Source of the DNA: Betaproteobacteria bacterium
GTDB lineage: Bacteria > Pseudomonadota > Gammaproteobacteria > Burkholderiales > Burkholderiaceae_C
Length of the DNA stretch: 64,000 nucleotides
Reading direction: 5' to 3'
Assembly: GCA_031403955.1 (NCBI GenBank)
Contig: JANNGR010000583.1
Coordinates: forward strand, 3,865 to 67,864
This document shows, one piece after another, positions 10,315 to 19,332 of the stretch; the stretch's first letter is position 1; each line of letters begins with the position of its first letter. The notes beneath the pieces are model-generated. The model was not told where the DNA came from. It worked only from the letters and a program-made list of their open reading frames with translations, and ran no database searches. A program made the position numbers and the translations under genes.

Positions 10315-11154
10315 TCAGGCAGCCGAGGGAATGACGCTTTGTTCCAGTTTGCCGGCCAGTTGGGTAATCGCCAAAGCCGCCGGACATCCCGGCAAAGCCT
10401 GCATCAGCAATTGGCGGCGCATCACCGCCTGGCGCACCGACGGGTCGGCCGGAATATCGCCCAGGTGAACCAGGCGCACTCCGCGCCCGGGCTCAGACAC
10501 AACAAACCGGTCCAGTACCTGCTGCAACTGGCTGGTGATGGCGCGGCCGTCACCCAGTCGCGCGGTCTGGTTGATGATCATGTGGATGTTGGCCCTTTTT
10601 TGCTGGCCGGCCAGCACCTTGATGGTGGCGTAGGCATCGGTGAGTGAAGTCGGCTCGGGTGTTGCGACCACCAGCACAACCGAGGCCAGCGAAACGGCGA
10701 ACAGAACCACGTCCGAGATGCCGGCGCCGGTATCGAGCAGCACCACGTCGTAATGCGGAATCAGCCCGCTGATAATGCGCAGGAAGTCATTACGTACCTC
10801 GGGCGTCAGGCGTGAATACTCGACCATGCCGGATCCGGCCAGCAGCACCGAAAACCCGCCCGGCGCCCGGATGATCGCGTCTTCGAGCTTGGCCTTGCCG
10901 GTGAACACGTCGTGCAACGTGATCTTCGGATACAGGTTGAGCACCACGTCCAGGTTGGCCAACCCCAGGTCAGCATCCAGCACCAGCACGCGTTGTCCGC
11001 GTTTTGCCAGCGCCGCGGCCAGATTGGCCGAGACAAAAGTCTTGCCGACGCCACCTTTGCCACTGGTGACGGCCAACACCTTGCCTTGCGGCTTGAGTGG
11101 CACCGCCGGCACCAGCGGTTCGCTCGAAGAGGCTGATTGCACATCACTCATCAA
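10315..11154 (-). CDS. FlhG/FleN-like MinD/ParA ATPase
   Basis: 'AVTSGKGGVGKT', 'LDADLGLANLDV', 'DTGAGIS', 'TPEPTSLTDAYATIK'. Confidence 0.9.
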   Translation of the reverse strand: MMSDVQSASSSEPLVPAVPLKPQGKVLAVTSGKGGVGKTFVSANLAAALAKRGQRVLVLDADLGLANLDVVLNLYPKITLHDVFTGKAKLEDAIIRAPGGFSVLLAGSGMVEYSRLTPEVRNDFLRIISGLIPHYDVVLLDTGAGISDVVLFAVSLASVVLVVATPEPTSLTDAYATIKVLAGQQKRANIHMIINQTARLGDGRAITSQLQQVLDRFVVSEPGRGVRLVHLGDIPADPSVRQAVMRRQLLMQALPGCPAALAITQLAGKLEQSVIPSAA

Positions 11155-12035
11155 TTCACCCCACTCACAACGCTGCTTGTCGGCTCGACCACTACACGCT
11201 CAATCCAGGCCGGCGCACCGACCGATAAATGACCAAACAAAAGATTCTTCTCCTCTGCACTGACGGCGATGACCTGCTGCTGGTCGATACATACCCGGTT
11301 GCGGCCTTCCGCCTTGGCGCGGTACAAAAGGCTGTCGGCGCGTTCAATCCACAATGCCGCCGTGGAACGCACCCACTCTGGCGCGTAGGCGCCACCGATG
11401 CTGATCGTGGCATGCACATTGGTCACCGGGCCGATCTTGATCGTCAGGGACTCAACCGTCTGGCGAATCCGCTGGGCCACCGCCTGGCCGACCGATACCA
11501 GACAGTTCGGCAACACGACGGCAAATTCCTCACCGCCATAACGCGCTACCGTGTCCATCGGCCGTATGCAACCGGCCAGACACCTGGCGACCGCCTGCAA
11601 AACCTGGTCGCCGGCGATATGGCCATGGGTGTCATTGATGGACTTGAAATGGTCGATGTCGAGCATCAGCAGCAAGGCCGGTTCGCCGGAGCGGGCGACC
11701 CCATCGATTTCACGTTCCAGAACGGAGCGGAAATGGCGCCGGTTGGCCAGACCGGTCAACGGGTCTTTGAGCGAGAGTTCACACAGGCCATCGATCACGC
11801 CCTGCACATAGGCGGTGGGTGAAGCCTCGATATCCGGCAAAACCGTTGTTGGGCCGTGCTCAAGCAAGGCGCGCGCATCACCCAGGCGCAGATCACTGAT
11901 ATCCACCACGGACGATGCAATCGATGAAGTCACAGGGGCAATTTGATTGGTCAGAGCCAAAAGTCTAACAGTATCGGCCTGGGCCAAAGCAAGAGAATGC
12001 GCCGGGTTTACCGGGTAAAAATTGGCTACGGTCAT
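11151..12035 (-). CDS. Diguanylate cyclase (GGDEF) with a short uncharacterised N-terminus
   Basis: 'DPLTGLANRR', 'DIDHFKSINDTHGHIAGD', I-site 'RPMD', intact 'GGEEF'; 4-nt overlap with the ATPase gene. Confidence 0.92.
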   Translation of the reverse strand: MTVANFYPVNPAHSLALAQADTVRLLALTNQIAPVTSSIASSVVDISDLRLGDARALLEHGPTTVLPDIEASPTAYVQGVIDGLCELSLKDPLTGLANRRHFRSVLEREIDGVARSGEPALLLMLDIDHFKSINDTHGHIAGDQVLQAVARCLAGCIRPMDTVARYGGEEFAVVLPNCLVSVGQAVAQRIRQTVESLTIKIGPVTNVHATISIGGAYAPEWVRSTAALWIERADSLLYRAKAEGRNRVCIDQQQVIAVSAEEKNLLFGHLSVGAPAWIERVVVEPTSSVVSGVN

Positions 12036-12849
12036 GTTGCGGCTACACGTCAAGTTGGGCTCTTGCCTAGGGAAGACCCTCGTGCCAGAAAACGCAGATA
12101 TGCCAACATCAAGGCTCGATGCCCCGCGGTTATTCTGGCTGTGAACGGGTCCAAGGAGCCACCATGCGGCAATACCCCGGTGCGATTCACCCGCCGTGCA
12201 GCCGGTGCGGTGTATGCCTTGTTCGCGGACGAGACTTCGGCTACCGACTTTGCCGCTTTGTGGAGCCTGGCAGTTCGGGCGCACTGTCCGTTACTCAGCT
12301 TCAATCAGGCGATGGTATTTGGCGACAGCGACTTTGGCGTGCTAAAGGCAGGCACGACCGCCTTGGGCCATGCGCGGTCCCTTGCCGCGCGGGAGCTGCC
12401 GTTGGCGACCCCGATCACGGAACGTGCGCAGCGTACGGGCCGGGCTATGGTTGGAAGGTGGTCACCAATCCTGCCATGGTCTCACGCCTTTGGCGGAGGT
12501 TGACGCCGTTGCTTAAACCGCCTGGCCTTTGCCGCGTCAATGGAGTCGGTCCAGTCGGTCCGGATTTTTGCCGCCTGCCGATTGACGGATGCCTTGTTGA
12601 CTAGTGGTCTGACTTCCTGAATCCTGGCCCAGATCGCAGCAAAGGTGTTGGGGCGCTCATGAGCCGGCCTGTGGCAAGCGCCATTGTTATGGCCGACTAT
12701 TTCATGATCCGAGTCAAAAAGAGGCGCAGGTAGAGATTGATGCCGTCATTGATATCTGGATGCTCAGAGCCGGCCACACACCGTCAAGTGCAAGTCAAAC
12801 GGCTCAATCCTGTTATTAGTTTCCGGGTGCTCAGAGTCATGAACTAAGA

Positions 12850-12922
12850 AACCGCCGGATACCTGATCCGTGCGTCCGGTGGGGTGGGAGGGAGGGGCCG
12901 CCAGTCCTCTTCCTACGTCGAT
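12850..12922 (+). mobile_element. Group IIC intron 3' relic (domains V and VI)
   Basis: ACCGCCGGATAC..GT(GC)GTCCGGTGG forms a DV stem with CGC triad and G-U wobble, followed by a GGGAGG...TCCTAC hairpin with a candidate bulged A (12915), ending CGAT; no RT ORF nearby. Confidence 0.72.
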
Positions 12923-13118
12923 TTGACTTCTCTATGATGGTTCCTAGTTGGATTAAAACAGGCTGTGAAATTCATCGCCGTGGTCGACGGTTTTGATCTG
13001 ACTGGTGGATTGGTGCACTGAAAGTCGTGCAAGAAAAACGCGGTCGGCATATCTGCATTCAGGCCAGCCATGCCGCCGTGAACGGGCATAACCAGTTAGG
13101 AGACGAAAGAGGTGCACC

Positions 13119-13691
13119 ATGAGCGCTGACCTTCCCAAGATGGCTCGACAACCGGTTGGTGACAAGTTAGCGCGCCAGAGATTCATCGCCAGGACGATCT
13201 GGTTCACGGTCCCCGGGACTTACCTGCTGCTCGGGGTGGCGTATGTGATCCTTCCGCCGCTCCAGGGGCTGGAGCAGGCCAGCGCGCGACTCTTGCTGGC
13301 CGTGCGATGGCTCTTGGTCGCCATGATTCCCTATGCGGCGGTTTGTATGGCGATTGCGTCCGCCCGTTTTTTCGAGGGGGCACACAACCCTATTTTGGGC
13401 GCGGAGAGCGAGCGCCTGAAGATTCACTGCCGCGTCATGCAGAACACCCTCGAGCAACTGGTCTGGTTCGCGCTCTGCGTGGTTCCCCTGGCGACTTATC
13501 TCGAACCCGCGCAAGCGCGCCTCGTCCCGATCGTGTGTATATTCTTCGCCCTTGCTCGTTTCGTCTACTGGTGGGGATATCTGCGCAACGGCACGCTCGG
13601 ACGGGCGCCCGGCGTGCAGTTCACATTTACACTGAACATCTCCTTGCTTGTGCTCGTATTGATGCTGTTCGCAAGACACCTGGCCTCGTGA
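13119..13691 (+). CDS. MAPEG family membrane protein
   Basis: Four hydrophobic segments; 'RVMQNTLEQL' and 'FALARFVYWWGY'. Confidence 0.8.
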   Translation: MSADLPKMARQPVGDKLARQRFIARTIWFTVPGTYLLLGVAYVILPPLQGLEQASARLLLAVRWLLVAMIPYAAVCMAIASARFFEGAHNPILGAESERLKIHCRVMQNTLEQLVWFALCVVPLATYLEPAQARLVPIVCIFFALARFVYWWGYLRNGTLGRAPGVQFTFTLNISLLVLVLMLFARHLAS

Positions 13692-13717
13692 CCAGGTCTG
13701 CTCCTTTCCTGTTGTTG

Positions 13718-15172
13718 CTACGCGCGGTCTGAATCCAGTGCCCGCGGCCGGCGCGAAACAATGTCCTGTGCGCGCAGCTCGTACGCGCGGGCAATCTGCA
13801 AAACCGCCAGATCCGCCTGCGGGCGTCCGATCAACTGCATGCCCATCGGCAATCCGGCCGAGTTAAAACCCACCGGAACGCTGATGGCGGGCAGGCCCGC
13901 CAGCGTGGCATAAATCACCACCTCCATCCAGCGGTGGTAGGTATCCATCACCCGAGCGCCGATCGTCCGCGGCTAATGCAGCGTGGCGTCAAATGGCCAT
14001 ACCTGTGCCGCCGGCAGTGCCAGGAAATCGCAGTGCTCGAACAGGCGCAACAGCTGCTGGTAGAAAGCGGTTCGTGCCACACTGGCGTCGAACACGTCGC
14101 GGGCCGATAACTGCTCGCCCTGCGCGGCTTCCCATTGGGCTTCGGGTTTTAGCTGTGCGCGTTGCGCCGGATCGTCCCAATATGGCTGCTGCGTGGCGGC
14201 GACCAACCAACGGCGCCAGATGAGCCAGGTTTGCCAGACGTCGGCGGGCGCAAAGCCTGGGGCCGTGGCCTGCACGATGCAGCCGTCCAGGGCCAGCCGT
14301 GCCAGCGCCTGCTCGCACAGCGCCAATATGCCGTCTTCCATCGGAAGGTAAGCGTCGAGGTTGCCGAGCCATCCGATACGTACGGTTTTCAGGTCCAGCG
14401 ATAGATCGAGCGACGCGGCGGGCCAGTGGCCGGCAATCGACAAGGGTGCCCGGTCGTCGCGTCCGGCTTGTACTGACAACAACCGCGCCACGTCTTCAAC
14501 CGTGCGCCCCATCGCTCCTTCGGTGCCAAGCTGGCTCAGCCATTGATCGGGTCGGGGCCCGCCCGGCACCCGGCCATGGCTGGGACGCAGTCCAAACACG
14601 TTGTTGAACGCAGCCGGGTTGCGCAGTGAGCCCATCATGTCACTGCCGTCGGCCACCGGCAACAAACGTAGCGCGAGCGCCACCGCCGCCCCGCCGCTGG
14701 ACCCACCGGCGCAGCATTGTGGATCGTAGGCGTTGCGCGTGATGCCAAATACCGGGTTGTAGGTGTGCGAGCCCAGACCAAACTCGGGTGTATTGGTCTT
14801 GCCAATCAGAATGCCACCGGCGGCTTTCATGCGCTGGACCATTATGTCGTCGTGCACCGGAACGTTGTTCGCGAGCAAGGGCGAACCTTTGGTCGTGACA
14901 ACACCGGCGGTCGCGCTCAGGTCCTTGACGGCCATCGGAAAGCCATGCATCCAGCCGCGACTGGTGCCGGTGGCCAACTCAAGGTCGCAGGTGTCGGCCT
15001 GCGCCAGCAAGTTGTCCGCATCGACACGACTGACGATCGCATTGAAGCCTGGATTCAGGCGGTCGATCTGCGCCAGGCTGGCTTGCATGGCTTCCCGGCA
15101 TGACAACTGCCGGGCGTGGATGCGCAGGCTTAGCTCGGTGGCGCTTAAGTCCGTGATGGTGTTTGACAACAT
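13718..15172 (-). pseudogene. Amidase signature family protein interrupted by an in-frame TAG at 13973-13975
   Basis: 'AVKDL', 'GKTNTPEFG', 'GGSSGG', 'GSDMMGSLRNPA'; the frame continues past TAG as '[17 protein letters not shown]...[10 protein letters not shown]'. Confidence 0.85.
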
Positions 15173-15179
15173 GCCGCGC

Positions 15180-16295
15180 TCACCAATGCAACTGGCGCAG
15201 GGTTTCAAATTGCGCCGCCAGGTTGGTCACCAGACGCTGTTGATCACTCTGCAGGCGCTGCCCCGGCGTCATGTCGTGTTGCGCCGTGAATGGGCAAACC
15301 ACGTCGGTACGGATGCCCGACAATTGTTCCAGCACCGCCAGCCCCCAGAACGGCACCGACACCGGGCAATAACCACCTTCGTGCAACAAAATGATGCGGC
15401 TCTGGGCATGGCGGCGCGCAACGTCCACCATCAGCTCGGTCATCCAGCGAAACGCAATATCGTCCAGCAGCATGCGCCCGAGCTGGTCGAATTTTCCGGC
15501 GTCGTAACCGCAGGGGATGATCACCAGTTCAGGGGCAAAGGCATCCAGCGCGGGAACCACAATACGCTCGAACACGTCGCGGTAGGCGCCAAAACCGCAG
15601 CCCGCGGGCAATGGCACGTTCAGGCTGTATCCGAGACCGGGACCGGACCCGATCTCATCCGCTTCCCCGGCCACTTGCAGGTAACCGGCCTGCTGGTGCA
15701 CCGAGATGTTCAGCACATCCTTGCGGCTCTCGAAACAGGCCTGGGTACCGTTGCCAAAATGCACGTCCCAGTCCACGATCGCGACGCGTTTCAGGCCGTA
15801 TTGCGTAATCGCGTGTTCGGCTGCCAGCGCGGCGTTGGCAAACACGCAAAAACCCATCGACCGGTCGGGTTCGGCATGGTGACCGGGCGGGCGTGTCAAT
15901 GCATAGGCGTGTTGCACCGTGCCAGACATTACCGCGTCTGCCGCGGCCAGGCCACAACCGGCGGAACGTACCGCGCAGTCCCAGCCATTGGACGAGATCG
16001 GCGCGCCGATGCCAAGTTCGCCGCCGCCGGCCTGGGCAACGGTTTGCACGTGTGCGACATGGCGCGCGGTATGCAGGCGCAGCAACTCATCGGTCGAGGC
16101 GTCGCGCGACGCAATGTTGGTGAGCTGGCTGCCCAGTCCGCTGGCATTCACCAGGTTGAGCAGGCGCCGCTTCGGGTCCGGATTCTCGATGTGCCGGTTG
16201 TAGGGCTCGATGTAGCCGCCGGGTTTTAGCATTAAGGCGTAATTGCCCGGGTCGTGCCAGAAGCAGCGCTCGTCGGTGACAAAGCCGGTTTTCAT
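15180..16295 (-). CDS. Class II HDAC-like Zn-dependent amidohydrolase (deacylase)
   Basis: 'RPPGHHA', 'DWDVHFGNG', 'GYDA', 'EGGY': catalytic His pair, Zn ligands and Tyr are intact. Confidence 0.93.
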   Translation of the reverse strand: MKTGFVTDERCFWHDPGNYALMLKPGGYIEPYNRHIENPDPKRRLLNLVNASGLGSQLTNIASRDASTDELLRLHTARHVAHVQTVAQAGGGELGIGAPISSNGWDCAVRSAGCGLAAADAVMSGTVQHAYALTRPPGHHAEPDRSMGFCVFANAALAAEHAITQYGLKRVAIVDWDVHFGNGTQACFESRKDVLNISVHQQAGYLQVAGEADEIGSGPGLGYSLNVPLPAGCGFGAYRDVFERIVVPALDAFAPELVIIPCGYDAGKFDQLGRMLLDDIAFRWMTELMVDVARRHAQSRIILLHEGGYCPVSVPFWGLAVLEQLSGIRTDVVCPFTAQHDMTPGQRLQSDQQRLVTNLAAQFETLRQLHW

Positions 16296-17803
16296 GCTGG
16301 CCTCCTTTTGCCGGGCCACAACTGATCAATCAAGCGTTGAACCAGCGGCCAGCAGATGATCAACAACGTCAGGCCGACCATCCAGGCCGACAGCGGGCGG
16401 GTGATAAACGGCATGAATGATCCTTCGCTCACCGCCAAGGTCTGGCGCAGATTGGCTTCCAGCGTGTCGCCCATGACCATGCCCAGTACCATCGGAATGG
16501 TGGGAATCTTGCAGCGCGCGCACATCAAACCAAAAATGCCGAAACCGAGCGCCAGCCAGACCAGGTACCAGGAGTTCGCGGAGGAATAGGCGCCCACAAG
16601 ACACAACACGAGGATGGCCAACCCGAGTTTGCGCGGATTCACATACGCCAGCCGGGCAAGGTATCTCACGCCCCAGATCAACATCAGCATCACCAGCGCG
16701 TTTAGCACCAGCAGCCCGGCAAATATTCCGTTGACGATCTCCGGGCGCTCGGCAAACAAGGATGGCCCGGGAACGATGCCGTGCACCACAAAAACGCCCA
16801 TGATGATGGCTGTCATGGCGTCGCCGGGAATGCCCAGCGCCAGCACGGTGATCATGGCGCCGCCGGAGTTGGAATTGTTTGCCGCTTCGGCCGCCACGAT
16901 ACCCTCCGGGTTGCCTTCACCAAATGGTGTTGGGTCGGTGGCGCCGCGTTGGGCCCAAAAATACGCCATCGAAGTCGACAACGCCGCGCCTACCGCCGGC
17001 AGGATGCCGATCGCGGTGCCCAGGAACAGACCCTTGCACAAGCTGCGCGGGTAACGCAACGGCTCCAGGAATGCGCGCCACGACAGCCCGGCCTGGTTGA
17101 TCAACGAGGCGTCGAATTTTGGAACCGGAGAACTCACCATTACCAGCGCCTGGGCCAGACCAAACAGGCCGACCACCACCGGCACCAGCGGAATACCGCT
17201 GAGCATGTCGGCGCCGCCAAAGGTATAACGCTGCTCGTTCGAGTTGGGGTCGATGCCAACCGAGGCCAGGAAGAAGCCCAGGGCCATCATCATCATCGCC
17301 GAGCCAAACTGTTTCTGGTACGCCTTGCCTACACACAGCGCCGCCAGCACAATCGCCATCACACCTTCCGCGACGCCGAAACGCGCCGCAAAACTTGCCA
17401 CCGGTTTGGCCGCCAGCCCGAGCAACAGCGCACTGACGATGCCGCCAATAAACGAGGCCATGAAAGCCAGCGACAAAGCGCGCTGCGCTTCACCCCGTTT
17501 GGCCATCGGGTAACCGTCAAACATGGTCATGATGGATGAGGCTTCTCCCGGTGTTCGGATCAGGATCGAGGTTACCGCCCCGCCCGGAAACGAGCCCACA
17601 TACACCCCCAGCAACAGCGCGATGCCGGCCATTGGCGGCATTCCATAGGTAAAGGGCAACATTACCGCAATCGTCACGCCAGGGCCAACACCTGGCAATA
17701 CGCCGACCACGACGCCAATCGCCGCGCCAGCGATCATCGCGATGGCCACCGGCAGGGTGCTGATGGCACCGAAGCCTTGCGCCAGACTGTTCAGAAAATC
17801 CAT
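16292..17803 (-). CDS. Tripartite tricarboxylate transporter large permease (TctA family)
   Basis: 'GVLPGVGPG', 'RTPGEASSIMTMFDGYPMA', 'AAEAANNS', 'LGIPGD'. Confidence 0.93.
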   Translation of the reverse strand: MDFLNSLAQGFGAISTLPVAIAMIAGAAIGVVVGVLPGVGPGVTIAVMLPFTYGMPPMAGIALLLGVYVGSFPGGAVTSILIRTPGEASSIMTMFDGYPMAKRGEAQRALSLAFMASFIGGIVSALLLGLAAKPVASFAARFGVAEGVMAIVLAALCVGKAYQKQFGSAMMMMALGFFLASVGIDPNSNEQRYTFGGADMLSGIPLVPVVVGLFGLAQALVMVSSPVPKFDASLINQAGLSWRAFLEPLRYPRSLCKGLFLGTAIGILPAVGAALSTSMAYFWAQRGATDPTPFGEGNPEGIVAAEAANNSNSGGAMITVLALGIPGDAMTAIIMGVFVVHGIVPGPSLFAERPEIVNGIFAGLLVLNALVMLMLIWGVRYLARLAYVNPRKLGLAILVLCLVGAYSSANSWYLVWLALGFGIFGLMCARCKIPTIPMVLGMVMGDTLEANLRQTLAVSEGSFMPFITRPLSAWMVGLTLLIICWPLVQRLIDQLWPGKRRPA

Positions 17804-17828
17804 GCTGATCCCGGGGCCTCGACAGACC

Positions 17829-18323
17829 CTAGGGCAACAGGCCGTGCCCGAAGGCAACCTTCAATACCCGAACAAAAACCAGCCACATGCCGGCGCTCAT
17901 GAGCACGGCGAGGACCAGAGTCTCCCTCAGGCGCAGGCCCAGAAACATACCGGTGAGACAAATGAACAAGAAGCTACAAGTCGCGTATCCAAGCCAGGGT
18001 ATCGCCCATAGGTAGGCCATGAACAATACGACCACCATGGCGGCCTGCCGCAGGTTGGCGCTGCTGGAATCGAGTTCCTCACTGCCACCGCGGTCAGAAC
18101 CACCGCGCCGGCGCACCAGCATTTCCCCCAGGCCACCGAGCAGCGCGAGACCAAGCGTGAGGCGCGGGAACAGGGCGGAAGACTCGTACCAGGGAGCGTT
18201 ATGCGGGTACGGAACGATCAGTGCCGGGGTGGCTGCAAAAAGTGCCGCTGCTGTCACCGCCAAGGTGATCAGCAGCAGTTGGTCTGTATTGCGGCCGCGC
18301 GCCCTGGTGTCGGGTGCCGTCAT
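17829..18323 (-). CDS. TTT small permease (TctB family)
   Basis: Four TM segments; 'LFPRLTLGL', 'WLGY'; lies between the TctC and TctA genes with a TAATG overlap. Confidence 0.8.
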   Translation of the reverse strand: MTAPDTRARGRNTDQLLLITLAVTAAALFAATPALIVPYPHNAPWYESSALFPRLTLGLALLGGLGEMLVRRRGGSDRGGSEELDSSSANLRQAAMVVVLFMAYLWAIPWLGYATCSFLFICLTGMFLGLRLRETLVLAVLMSAGMWLVFVRVLKVAFGHGLLP

Positions 18324-19276
18324 TATTTTTTCGCGAATCCGAGTTCGCTCATCAGTTCGGTGATCCACTTGGTATCGGCTGCCACCTGTCTGGTCATTTG
18401 CTCGCTGTTCATCACGACCGCGGGCACGCCGAGTTTGGCCAGCAAGTCCAGCACCGGTTTGTCTTTCAGGGTTTCAGCAATCACGGTAGACAGCCGCGCC
18501 ACAACGTCCTTTGGAACACCGACTGGCGCCACCATGCCGGTCCACAGGAACATGTCACCGTAACCGTCTTCCTTGGCGGTGGCAACTTTAGGCAATAGCG
18601 GGTTGCGCTCCAGGGTCCAGGCCGACAAGACCTTGACCTGGCCGTCCTTCACATAGGAAGAAACCATTTCGGCGCCAGTGGTCGTGACGTCGGCGTCCCC
18701 CGCGACCAGTTCCTTCGCGCCCGGGTTTCCAAACGCCACCACCTTGAACGGCCAGCCATCCTTGCGCGCGATTTTCACCGCCATCAGCGCCGGCACGGCA
18801 GCCGGGGCATAACTGCCGATGATGACGGGTTTGCCGTTTTTCTTGGCCCACTCCGCAAACTCCTTCAGGTTGTTGGCGGGGATATTGCCTCTGGACGCCA
18901 GAACGAAGTCATTCGCAAAAATGCCCGCCACCGCAACATAGTCACTTTGTTTGTAGGGCGTATTGCCGGCGACGATTTGTGAAATGCCGGGGCCCGGTGT
19001 CCAGCTGCCGATGGTGTAGCCATCGGGCTTGGCTCGCACCATCTCGCCAAAACCCACCACACCGCCGCCGCCCGGTTTGTTGATCACCTGCACGGGTACG
19101 CCCAGGCGTTTGCTCATGCCCTCGGCCAGCACGCGCATAACGGCGTCGGCGTCATTTCCCGGTGGGTAGGGATAAATTATCTCGATCGTCTTGCTGGGCC
19201 ATTTGTCCTGCGCAATCACGTGCATCGGCACAAACATGGCGCTAACGAGCCCAATTACGGTAATTAACTTTTTCAT
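18323..19276 (-). CDS. TTT periplasmic substrate-binding protein (TctC/Bug family), divergent
   Basis: Signal peptide; 'WPSKTIEIIYPYPPG', 'INKPGGGG', 'PDGYTI', 'VPKDVVARL'. Confidence 0.88.
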   Translation of the reverse strand: MKKLITVIGLVSAMFVPMHVIAQDKWPSKTIEIIYPYPPGNDADAVMRVLAEGMSKRLGVPVQVINKPGGGGVVGFGEMVRAKPDGYTIGSWTPGPGISQIVAGNTPYKQSDYVAVAGIFANDFVLASRGNIPANNLKEFAEWAKKNGKPVIIGSYAPAAVPALMAVKIARKDGWPFKVVAFGNPGAKELVAGDADVTTTGAEMVSSYVKDGQVKVLSAWTLERNPLLPKVATAKEDGYGDMFLWTGMVAPVGVPKDVVARLSTVIAETLKDKPVLDLLAKLGVPAVVMNSEQMTRQVAADTKWITELMSELGFAKK

Positions 19277-19332
19277 GACAGTCTCCAATTGGTTGGGTAA
19301 AACAAGAAGACGATACCGGCGCCGGTCCGGGT

